DNA of 64,000 nucleotides from the NCBI GenBank assembly GCA_964570965.1, contig CAZNAX010000001.1:105469-169468 (forward strand), read 5' to 3'. The position numbers were made by a program, and so were the translations under genes. Shown piece after piece: positions 8,576 through 15,695 of the stretch. The DNA is from an uncultured Desulfatibacillum sp. (GTDB lineage: Bacteria; Desulfobacterota; Desulfobacteria; Desulfobacterales; SpSt-501). Each line of letters starts with the position of its first letter. Positions within the stretch are counted from its first letter, which is position 1. Below the pieces are notes generated by a model. That model was given only the letters and a program-made list of their open reading frames with translations. It had not been told where the DNA came from and made no database searches.

Positions 8576-8584
8576 CTTATAACG
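8576..8584 (-). promoter_or_regulatory. -10-like CGTTATAAG on the minus strand
   Basis: The TATAAG core shared with 551-559, 17068-17076 and 17819-17828 sits upstream of the leader hairpin. The palindromic TTATAA core also gives TATAAC on the plus strand. Confidence 0.3.
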
Positions 8585-8614
8585 ATGGTGCCTCACACTT
8601 TTCCGAGATCAAAA

Positions 8615-8633
8615 ACGTACACCCACTGTACGT
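8615..8633. promoter_or_regulatory. palindrome ACGTACA-n5-TGTACGT (operator-like)
   Basis: 7-bp arms with a 5-nt spacer, lying 10 nt upstream of the TTGACA at 8643. Confidence 0.3.
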
Positions 8634-8642
8634 CCAAATGTA

Positions 8643-8672
8643 TTGACACTCACTTTTTGAGCGTGGTACACC
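8643..8672 (+). promoter_or_regulatory. sigma-70-like promoter candidate (TTGACA, 18-nt spacer, TGgTACACC)
   Basis: Consensus -35 at 8643-8648 and a TG-extended weak -10 at 8664-8672. The predicted start falls at about 8679-8680, at the GVG-start codon (GTG 8680) of ORF 8680. Confidence 0.35.
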
Positions 8673-8679
8673 GGAAAGC

Positions 8680-9114
8680 GTGGGATTACTCACAAAAGAT
8701 CAAGTGGACGAGATCTGGGAGCGAAGAGGATTGAAGATTCGCGCCAAAAGATTTCGTAAATACCTCATAAGCATGGGGCTAGGACCCATGACAGTTAGCG
8801 AAGATGTATTCCTTCGCCACATACACGATGAGTTCCTGATCAACTTCTTCGTGAAAGGAGTCCGTGAGGATGCAAGAGGACGTCAAGAGTTCCCCTCTGA
8901 TGAGCCCAACACAAGTAGCAAAGGCACGAGCGAGGGGAAACATGCAGAGAGGAGCTCCAGTGATTCAGAGCGGTCCAGCACCTGTGCCCCTGAACCAACC
9001 GCCGCCCCCGCAGCAGAGAGGCCCAGCGGGGGTATCAATGCGAGAGCTGGGAGGACAGCCCCACCAAGAATCACCCAACCGTCAATCTCGGTCTCCAGAG
9101 GAGATAAAGGCTGA
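8680..9114 (+). CDS. hypothetical protein (3' extent doubtful)
   Basis: The first ~60 aa look like a folded protein. The last ~80 aa are low-complexity and overlap gene 8870..9712 out of frame. Confidence 0.35.
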   Translation: MGLLTKDQVDEIWERRGLKIRAKRFRKYLISMGLGPMTVSEDVFLRHIHDEFLINFFVKGVREDARGRQEFPSDEPNTSSKGTSEGKHAERSSSDSERSSTCAPEPTAAPAAERPSGGINARAGRTAPPRITQPSISVSRGDKG

Positions 9115-9712
9115 TATGCAAAGATTGGCGGATGGGATCAAGCAGCACGAAGTAGCCACCAAGGAAGCAGAAGCACCACCTCCGCCAGAGGTGAAAGAGG
9201 ATGAGACGAGCGACGATCTTCGTGAATGGCTGACCTCACCGAGCACGGAAGATCTGTTCAACAACACTCGCTACAAGAAGTTGGTAGAGAGTCGTCTGGA
9301 GAAGATGGAAGTCGAAAGCCTCATCATGCACGGTGAGGTGATCCAGTTTGTTCCGATCTTGATGAGGAAGGGAAGTCCGCAGTCCCGTATCTCCGCTACC
9401 TTCAGATCAGTCTCGGCTATGGAAGACCTAGCGATCAAGAAGAGATTCTATGAGGAGGAAGGTCCAGATCGATTCATGATCGATCGGTACTCTCTCATGA
9501 ACCTTTGCATTGGTCTCAAGTCGTTGAATGGAACTGATCAGCAGCCTCATCTGGATGAGAATGGCAAGTTCGACGATGCAGCCTTCAAGAAAAAGTTCGA
9601 GAAGCTGCTCAAGATGCCGCACCAGCTCCTCGCACTCCTAGTCGTCAACTACATCTGGTTCGACGAGAGGGTACGCAAGCTGCTTGTCGCTGACGAGTTG
9701 GGAAATGGTTAG
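8870..9712 (+). CDS. hypothetical protein with a Pro/Gln-rich N-terminus
   Basis: AAGGAG (8855-8860) 9 nt before ATG 8870. Track ORF 8864..9712. Confidence 0.7.
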   Translation: MQEDVKSSPLMSPTQVAKARARGNMQRGAPVIQSGPAPVPLNQPPPPQQRGPAGVSMRELGGQPHQESPNRQSRSPEEIKADMQRLADGIKQHEVATKEAEAPPPPEVKEDETSDDLREWLTSPSTEDLFNNTRYKKLVESRLEKMEVESLIMHGEVIQFVPILMRKGSPQSRISATFRSVSAMEDLAIKKRFYEEEGPDRFMIDRYSLMNLCIGLKSLNGTDQQPHLDENGKFDDAAFKKKFEKLLKMPHQLLALLVVNYIWFDERVRKLLVADELGNG

Positions 9713-9756
9713 CGACCCCGTTAGGCTGGGCGCGGGCCAACGTCATATACGACAAG

Positions 9757-10128
9757 ATGGTTGGTCCGCCCGAACCGGGGTCTGTCATGGAGGCCCTTTG
9801 TCTCATGGTGCAGATACGCCGCGAGATGAAGGAACTCTATGCCACTCATGCCGTTGTCCAGACGGTATGGGCATCAAGACATCCAGACAACGACAGCACC
9901 GGAGAGGAAGTACGCAGCTCGTTCGAGTCGTACAAAAACTCCCTCATGCCATTCTTGAAGAATGAGATCAAGAGGGAGCATGACAGGATCGTTGAAGCTA
10001 TGAATGAGGAAGCGCGTAGAGGTCCGATGGTGGTCACTGCAATTGCACCAATGAAGGTGAGCAGTCGTCTCCGTCAGAGAGTACTCAAGGAGGTAAACCA
10101 ACCTCCTATGCGGAGGCAGAAGTGGTAG
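9757..10128 (+). CDS. hypothetical protein
   Basis: 123 aa; start uncertain, with an internal ATG also possible. Confidence 0.55.
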   Translation: MVGPPEPGSVMEALCLMVQIRREMKELYATHAVVQTVWASRHPDNDSTGEEVRSSFESYKNSLMPFLKNEIKREHDRIVEAMNEEARRGPMVVTAIAPMKVSSRLRQRVLKEVNQPPMRRQKW

Positions 10129-10448
10129 ACAACTCTGAAGCCTATGATGATTCTATCGATGAAGAGATCACTGCAGAAGAGATCGAGCAGAGAGATGTGT
10201 TCATGAAAGTGAAGGCTGGTTTACACCGAATCTGTGCAGAGAGGGACTGCCCTCCAGATAATGATCTATTGAATCGCATGACTAGCATGTTCATCGACGC
10301 ACTGGCTAAAGGTGTAATGAAGCGCGATCCAATAGAGGAAATAACGGCTTTGGGGGCAAGTGCTAGATCTTCGAGTACGGTATCTGGTCTGTGGTGCAGA
10401 CGCTTTCTGATCTTGGCCGCTACGGGCCTTATGTATCACGGTGGATGA
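10122..10448 (+). CDS. hypothetical acidic protein
   Basis: 108 aa; GTG start overlaps the upstream stop. Confidence 0.55.
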   Translation: MVDNSEAYDDSIDEEITAEEIEQRDVFMKVKAGLHRICAERDCPPDNDLLNRMTSMFIDALAKGVMKRDPIEEITALGASARSSSTVSGLWCRRFLILAATGLMYHGG

Positions 10449-10791
10449 GATGGTGATCTGCCCACGATGTGCCTATCCTTATATTGGTGATGCTAGGATC
10501 GTATCCGAGAGAGAAGTGATCTGTGTGCGTTGCGATTGGAAGGGTTTGTCATCTAAGCTGCTCATCGTTGACGACGACAAGATCATTGATCCAAGGGTAT
10601 TCGACAAGTTGTACGCCTTGCTACACGAGGAGATAGCTCCGACAGTAGGAAGATTTCTACTTCAGTTAGGTATCGTTCAGCGAGGATCATCTCCAGAACA
10701 TCTGAAGCATCTAGCGGAAGTCCTTCGAGACTTCTCCTCGGCAGGATTCGAGGCGATTGTCAGAAAGGTACTGAACCCAAATGTCCATTGA
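10441..10791 (+). CDS. zinc-ribbon protein
   Basis: CPRC ... CVRC near the N-terminus; 116 aa. Confidence 0.6.
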   Translation: MDEMVICPRCAYPYIGDARIVSEREVICVRCDWKGLSSKLLIVDDDKIIDPRVFDKLYALLHEEIAPTVGRFLLQLGIVQRGSSPEHLKHLAEVLRDFSSAGFEAIVRKVLNPNVH

Positions 10792-11032
10792 AGATAGTAA
10801 GATCATTGCACCAGTTCCTCCAAGGAGTACCTACTGTTGGCTCCACAGTGAGAGAATGTGCGGTGGTGATTGCGAGGCATTTGATCCTGTCGCAGCTCGA
10901 GATGAGCAGGGAAAGAGGACAGCATGCAGACTGGTCAACAGTTTGGAGGGTCTGGGGAAGGCATTCGTTTCGATAGCCAGGTCCAAGAAGGAAATGCCGG
11001 GAGCGAGTCTGACTCCACCGAAGGTGATGTGA
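10781..11032 (+). CDS. hypothetical protein
   Basis: 83 aa; coupled to its neighbours. Confidence 0.5.
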   Translation: MSIEDSKIIAPVPPRSTYCWLHSERMCGGDCEAFDPVAARDEQGKRTACRLVNSLEGLGKAFVSIARSKKEMPGASLTPPKVM

Positions 11033-11466
11033 TCCTCGGTGTAGTAAGCATAGGATCACACGATACGATTGGTGCTGGTGGTCGTCGTTGTGGGTATGTA
11101 ATGGGCCTGGTAGATCTAACAGGGAAGAAGTACTACGTCGATATTTCTGAGAATACATATCGGGACATAGTGGATGTCTATGTGGCAGCAGTTCGAGGTT
11201 ACGAAGCAGTAGATCAACATACCCCTGCGCCAGTAGGGAAGGATCCAACGGGTTCTCCCGAAGAGATAGAGCGCATGAAGTCTGTGCTCGAGCAAACTAC
11301 CTCTACCGATGCCATGAGGAAGCTCGGCTTCATATCTGATGATGGCGTTGCGCAGTCCAGGACTGTTGATCCTGTTGATGACATACTCGCAATGGCGTCT
11401 GACGAGAGTGATGACTACGAAGATCCGGGAGAGGAGAGCTTTCAGGAAGGTGTGGAGGGTTTGTGA
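11029..11466 (+). CDS. hypothetical protein with an acidic C-terminus
   Basis: GTG 11029 forms a GTGA overlap with the upstream stop. Track ORF 10924..11466 is trimmed to it. The start is uncertain. Confidence 0.5.
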   Translation: MILGVVSIGSHDTIGAGGRRCGYVMGLVDLTGKKYYVDISENTYRDIVDVYVAAVRGYEAVDQHTPAPVGKDPTGSPEEIERMKSVLEQTTSTDAMRKLGFISDDGVAQSRTVDPVDDILAMASDESDDYEDPGEESFQEGVEGL

Positions 11467-11903
11467 TGGTGGGCGTGTGGGGTTTCTCTTGCTCCGATCT
11501 TCAGTGCAGGGCTGTGTACTCCGTAGACTATGCAGAGAGTGATACCGCAGTTCTCGAAAGTCTAGCCACGGATGGTACATGCCTTCACTGCGGAGCTGAT
11601 CTAAAGATCATGCTGGCTCCTCCTAAAGAAGGAGTGCAGTTCGAGAGGTTCCAGATTCAGGAGTATTGGAGAAGGCTTCACGGACTAGGTTCTGCCGACG
11701 AAAGAGTGATCGGCTGTACCAAAATCAAGCACCTTCTTACAAGTCAGAGAGTCATTGGTGCAGAGCTCGAGGAGTCACATACAGGAAGATGTGTGATCAA
11801 GAGCCTCACCACGGAAAACGGATGCGTTCTACACTTCGCCGTAGGATTCGGTGAAGCTGTGATCTACAAAGTTACGGAGGAAAGACAATGCCAGGAAGAG
11901 TAG
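11463..11903 (+). CDS. zinc-ribbon-containing hypothetical protein
   Basis: CSDLQC ... CLHCG in the N-terminal 50 aa; 146 aa. Confidence 0.6.
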   Translation: MMVGVWGFSCSDLQCRAVYSVDYAESDTAVLESLATDGTCLHCGADLKIMLAPPKEGVQFERFQIQEYWRRLHGLGSADERVIGCTKIKHLLTSQRVIGAELEESHTGRCVIKSLTTENGCVLHFAVGFGEAVIYKVTEERQCQEE

Positions 11904-12217
11904 TGAACTATGAGAACGACTATGACGAGAGAGTAACGCCGAAGACGCTGCATGGCATCAAGGAAGTGAAGTTGCTGCTCATCCAGTGCTCCAATGCTGA
12001 CGGGCGTACGCAAGTTCTCCTCGGGCTCGAGGTCGAGCCCGGTGATGTCAGAACCTTCCCTGAGAAGAGTTGGGAGAGCTTGGGGCGTCCAAGCGAGTGG
12101 CTCATGGCGCAGATCAATGAGCAGTTCTACGGAAGGAAACCGGCTGCCACAGATAGGCAACCAGCCAAGAAAGCAACTACGGTGCCTGTTTCGGTCAAGA
12201 TGGACAACGCAGTATAG
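11888..12217 (+). CDS. hypothetical protein
   Basis: 109 aa; overlaps the upstream gene by 16 nt. Confidence 0.55.
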   Translation: MPGRVVNYENDYDERVTPKTLHGIKEVKLLLIQCSNADGRTQVLLGLEVEPGDVRTFPEKSWESLGRPSEWLMAQINEQFYGRKPAATDRQPAKKATTVPVSVKMDNAV

Positions 12218-12226
12218 GAGGAACAG

Positions 12227-12535
12227 ATGATCAGGCCAATGGGTGACTGGATATTGGTGAAGCCAAATCCAGATGAGTCGAGTACTGAGGAAGGGATCAT
12301 CATTCCAGGAGAGGCACGACGGACGGCTGTGAAGACCGGTGTGGTCAAAGCAGTTGGACCTGGGAGGATCAACGAGAAAGGGAACAGGGTGCCCCCAGAT
12401 GTGAATGTTGGTGACACTGTTTCCTACATCTTTGCCTTGGAGAAGAGTAGGACTGGGGAATGTATGAAGATGTCGCTTGGAACCGACGAGTTCATGCTTA
12501 GGGAAGCCGATGTCCTCACAGTCACCAGTGAGTAA
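12227..12535 (+). CDS. groES: GroES-like co-chaperonin (Cpn10)
   Basis: MIRPMGDWILVK ... EEGIIIPGEA ... GVVKAVGPGR ... VNVGDTV follows the Cpn10 consensus along its whole length. GGAGGA SD. Confidence 0.8.
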   Translation: MIRPMGDWILVKPNPDESSTEEGIIIPGEARRTAVKTGVVKAVGPGRINEKGNRVPPDVNVGDTVSYIFALEKSRTGECMKMSLGTDEFMLREADVLTVTSE

Positions 12536-12698
12536 GAATGTCCGGTTGAGCTGCCGTATGGATAGGGGGCTGATGCTTTGGATTCAGATGTACGCAAGGC
12601 AGCACGGTACTACTGTTACTCAGATCATAAAGGCCCACTTTCAAGATCTGAGAGAGCAGCACTCAGTGTTGAAGCGTAGAGAGGTAGATCAGATCTAA
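12510..12698 (+). CDS. ribbon-helix-helix (CopG/Arc-like) DNA-binding protein; start uncertain
   Basis: VRLSCRMDRGLMLWIQMYARQHGTTVTQIIKAHF fits the beta-strand/helix/helix pattern. Candidate starts are ATG 12510, TTG 12546 and ATG 12558. Confidence 0.45.
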   Translation: MSSQSPVSKNVRLSCRMDRGLMLWIQMYARQHGTTVTQIIKAHFQDLREQHSVLKRREVDQI

Positions 12699-13273
12699 TG
12701 CCCGCGAGCTACGAGGAAGCAAAACATAGCTTCGATATTCATACTGGAGCTACGCAAGATGACATTGCTGACATGCTTCGTGCGCTTCTCAGTACCAAGG
12801 CTGTGGTCAGAAAAGTAGTCATCGAGGTAACTCCAGGACAAGGGCGTCAGGGAAAGATGACAGTAGATATGCTGACGCCGAAGATAGGACCCCCTGATGG
12901 TGAAATACTGGAACCTGATCCAGAGAACCTATGGCAGATGATGAGCAGAATCCCACTCACGACACCTGATCTCAAGAAGGTGAAGATGCGTGTACCCGCT
13001 GTGATGCGTTCTGTTGCGTTGATCATGCAGGCTGCTCTGTCCGCGGAATCAGAAGCTAGGATACCTGTTGGATGGATGATCAACGAAGATACTACCATAT
13101 TCATGAAATGGCTTGGTTTACGGCTTTCAATCATGCCGTCCGTATACATGAACCTTCCTCTGCTACGTGTACCGTTCGTGGAGAAAGATCGCCTAGTACT
13201 TCTTTGTGCAAGAAGCAGGAAGATGGATCCAGTACGCAGCGAACGCGGTTTGGTTCTGCAGATGGAGGCTTGA
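12698..13273 (+). CDS. hypothetical protein
   Basis: 191 aa; 1-nt overlap (TAATG) with the upstream gene. Confidence 0.65.
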   Translation: MPASYEEAKHSFDIHTGATQDDIADMLRALLSTKAVVRKVVIEVTPGQGRQGKMTVDMLTPKIGPPDGEILEPDPENLWQMMSRIPLTTPDLKKVKMRVPAVMRSVALIMQAALSAESEARIPVGWMINEDTTIFMKWLGLRLSIMPSVYMNLPLLRVPFVEKDRLVLLCARSRKMDPVRSERGLVLQMEA

Positions 13274-13274
13274 A

Positions 13275-13562
13275 ATGGTAAGGAAGATAATCTGCTCAAT
13301 CTATGAAGATCGGCCAGAAATGTGCAAGAGCTACCCACAAACAGATGGGCGTTACGTACCCCCATCCTGCGGGTTCTTCTTTCCGGGTGACGGTACTCGT
13401 CACGGAGAGTGTGATCCTGAATGTGAGGCCGCCTGCTGTCGCCTTACTAGACAGGATGGTGAACCGTTGGGGTACCCACTAGAGGACTATCTTGGTGGCC
13501 TTCCATGCAAGCACCTTGCTTTGATCGAGGGAGAAGATGACGAGAAAGCGAAGGAAGGATAG
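13275..13562 (+). CDS. cysteine-cluster protein (YkgJ/UPF0153-like, tentative)
   Basis: ATG 13275 lies 1 nt after the upstream stop. Contains CSIYEDRPEMC ... CDPECEAACCRL. Confidence 0.5.
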   Translation: MVRKIICSIYEDRPEMCKSYPQTDGRYVPPSCGFFFPGDGTRHGECDPECEAACCRLTRQDGEPLGYPLEDYLGGLPCKHLALIEGEDDEKAKEG

Positions 13563-14115
13563 TTCGGTATTGGATGAGGCGATTGCCGACGATCTGAAAG
13601 TTGCGCTATCTAGCTTCAGTTTCATCGAAGTCCTGGATCAAAGCATGACAACTGGTAGGGCGCGCATTCTTATGCGTGTGCACGATGACTCATCTTGGTT
13701 GCCAGTACTGAAGCTGATTCTGCGTGAGGAAAGACGGCAGACGGAGGATCGTTGGTCCATTCACGTATGCAGGCAGTTCATGCTACGCCCTGACAACGAC
13801 GATGTACTGGCGTTTGCCTGGAACTTCATCCTACGCAGCAGTAACCTCAAAGGAGCCATAGCAGACATTTGTCGTGTGATCGACGTAGCTAAGAATGCGA
13901 TCACATTTGAAAGTGGTTCTCAGCACCGTCGTAGCGCTCCAACTATCAGAGGTAAGAAGCCGAGAATGCAGACCAAGGCCCAACCTAACCGCAACATGGT
14001 CGGTGACATCATGGAATATCCGCTCATGGCAAATCCAAACAGAAATTTGCCTGAAGTACCTCTCTTTTCAAAAGAGAGGGGCAAGCAGAAGGGTGCCCAT
14101 TTGATCGGAGGGTGA
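13537..14115 (+). CDS. hypothetical protein
   Basis: 192 aa; no motif recognised. Confidence 0.6.
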   Translation: MTRKRRKDSSVLDEAIADDLKVALSSFSFIEVLDQSMTTGRARILMRVHDDSSWLPVLKLILREERRQTEDRWSIHVCRQFMLRPDNDDVLAFAWNFILRSSNLKGAIADICRVIDVAKNAITFESGSQHRRSAPTIRGKKPRMQTKAQPNRNMVGDIMEYPLMANPNRNLPEVPLFSKERGKQKGAHLIGG

Positions 14116-14116
14116 G

Positions 14117-14851
14117 ATGAGCTTCTTTGGGCCTAAGCAACAACAGCTCCTAGATGCAGCAAGGACTGCTAGGATCGATCCAGCTCAGCTTCTTCCTTAC
14201 GAGTCGAAGCTACTAGCAGAAGCTGGAGCTACGCTAGAGGACATCACTAGACCGCTTACGGCAGACGAACGGGCTGCAGTAGAATCGAAGCGGCAGGCAA
14301 TCAAGTCGCTACTTACAGAGGACACAACACTCAGGGCAAAATTCAAGATCGAGATTATGTGCGGGTCTGATAGATCCGTGGATAAACCTTTTCGCGGATC
14401 TATTGTAGTCTTCAGAAGCGGAACTGCATTGCACGGTGGAGGAGATGAGGTAGTGTATCCATGTGTTGATCCACTATGTCCTGGATTCATTCCACCAGAG
14501 CTGATCATGACAGCAGTAGGTAAGGCTGGTTGCCCAAAGTGTCAGCGTGTATGGGATCAAAGTAAGCTCAGGGAGATGTTCCTGGCTGTACTCCCAGCAC
14601 AGAAGTGGGCATTCGTTCTATCTAGATTCTTCGTTCGTCTTGGACACGACGCTGATCTCTATCTCAAGAGCGCCCCCATAGACATCAGAAAGAATACGAT
14701 GTCGGAGAAAGAGAAGGATCAGGGAGGGATGCAATTGGCAGTTGCGCGAACTAGGAGACAACCGGTAATCTACCCACTGGATAGGATCTACAAAGATCTT
14801 AGCAATGGAGCGAACCTGGAGCAGCGCTTCAGAGCCTTCGTGACGGCATAG
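14117..14851 (+). CDS. hypothetical protein with an internal CxxC pair motif
   Basis: 244 aa; CVDPLCPG ... CPKCQ. Confidence 0.65.
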   Translation: MSFFGPKQQQLLDAARTARIDPAQLLPYESKLLAEAGATLEDITRPLTADERAAVESKRQAIKSLLTEDTTLRAKFKIEIMCGSDRSVDKPFRGSIVVFRSGTALHGGGDEVVYPCVDPLCPGFIPPELIMTAVGKAGCPKCQRVWDQSKLREMFLAVLPAQKWAFVLSRFFVRLGHDADLYLKSAPIDIRKNTMSEKEKDQGGMQLAVARTRRQPVIYPLDRIYKDLSNGANLEQRFRAFVTA

Positions 14852-14853
14852 CG

Positions 14854-15123
14854 ATGACTACACTCAGTGAAATGATAGATCGCCTCAATACGCTTCGAGC
14901 TAAGATTCACCTGATAGAGTCATTGAAGAGCATGATCAGTGACGAAACCTTCGAGAAGGAAACGAGGGCTTCAGGTGAGGCGATAGACGATCTGCTTATC
15001 GATGTTGATAGTGCTCTTCTAGCGCCAGTGCTCGAAGAGATCGAAATGTTGGAAGGTATGGAGATCCAGAATGGGAAAGTCGAAAAAGAATCCCCCAAGA
15101 AAAGGAAACGTAAGAGTGGCTGA
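14854..15123 (+). CDS. hypothetical coiled-coil protein
   Basis: 89 aa. Confidence 0.55.
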   Translation: MTTLSEMIDRLNTLRAKIHLIESLKSMISDETFEKETRASGEAIDDLLIDVDSALLAPVLEEIEMLEGMEIQNGKVEKESPKKRKRKSG

Positions 15124-15571
15124 TGTTACCAAGCGTATTGTTGATGCAACTGCTATTCGAGTATCAGAAGCGCTTGCTCATATGGACAAGAAGCTGATCG
15201 GATTCGTACAAGCATTCCAGCAGAACCTGAACCAGCTCTACATGAATCAGAAGTCCATCGGCGACATGAGCTACACGAACAACGTCCATGCTGCTGTTCT
15301 ACGCGAAGTGATGTACGATAAGGGTCTGCTCACGAAGGAAGAATATGAAGCTGGAATCGAGAAGGAACTGGCCGTTCGGGAAGCGATCCAAAAGAAGCAG
15401 GCAGAGGAGGCTGAACAGCTTGCTGAGGAGCTAAGAAAGAAGCAGGCGGAAGAAGCTGCTGCACGAATTGCAGCAGAAGCACCTGCTCCTTCAGAGGAAG
15501 TGTTCGATCCACAAGTATTCGGTGGGGATTTCAAGGAGGAAGCTATTGGGCAAGCTGTACAAGGAGAATAG
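15071..15571 (+). CDS. hypothetical protein with a Glu/Ala/Lys-rich helix; start uncertain (ATG 15071 or GTG 15116)
   Basis: 166 aa in the track; overlaps the upstream gene. Confidence 0.55.
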   Translation: MGKSKKNPPRKGNVRVADVTKRIVDATAIRVSEALAHMDKKLIGFVQAFQQNLNQLYMNQKSIGDMSYTNNVHAAVLREVMYDKGLLTKEEYEAGIEKELAVREAIQKKQAEEAEQLAEELRKKQAEEAAARIAAEAPAPSEEVFDPQVFGGDFKEEAIGQAVQGE

Positions 15572-15695
15572 GGACACGTCGAAGATCGTATGTCCTCACT
15601 GCAAGAGCGAGATGGCCACCAAGAAAGTGGTGAACGGTGTTTCCGTTCTCTTCTGCATGAAGTGCAGGACGCAGTTCAAGACAACTCCGATCTAG
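15546..15695 (+). CDS. small zinc-ribbon protein (49 aa, TTG start); only partly represented in the ORF track
   Basis: AAGGAGG (15533-15539) 6 nt before TTG 15546. Contains CPHC ... CMKC. Its stop overlaps the convergent ligase stop by 4 nt. Confidence 0.45.
   Translation: MGKLYKENRDTSKIVCPHCKSEMATKKVVNGVSVLFCMKCRTQFKTTPI

Noticed and set aside
8680-9712. Tail-assembly-chaperone style programmed -1 frameshift between ORFs 8680 and 8864
   Set aside because: The second frame is +1 relative to the first, not -1. I found no X_XXY_YYZ slippery site, and the second ORF has its own strong SD and ATG. The locus is also not next to a tape-measure gene.
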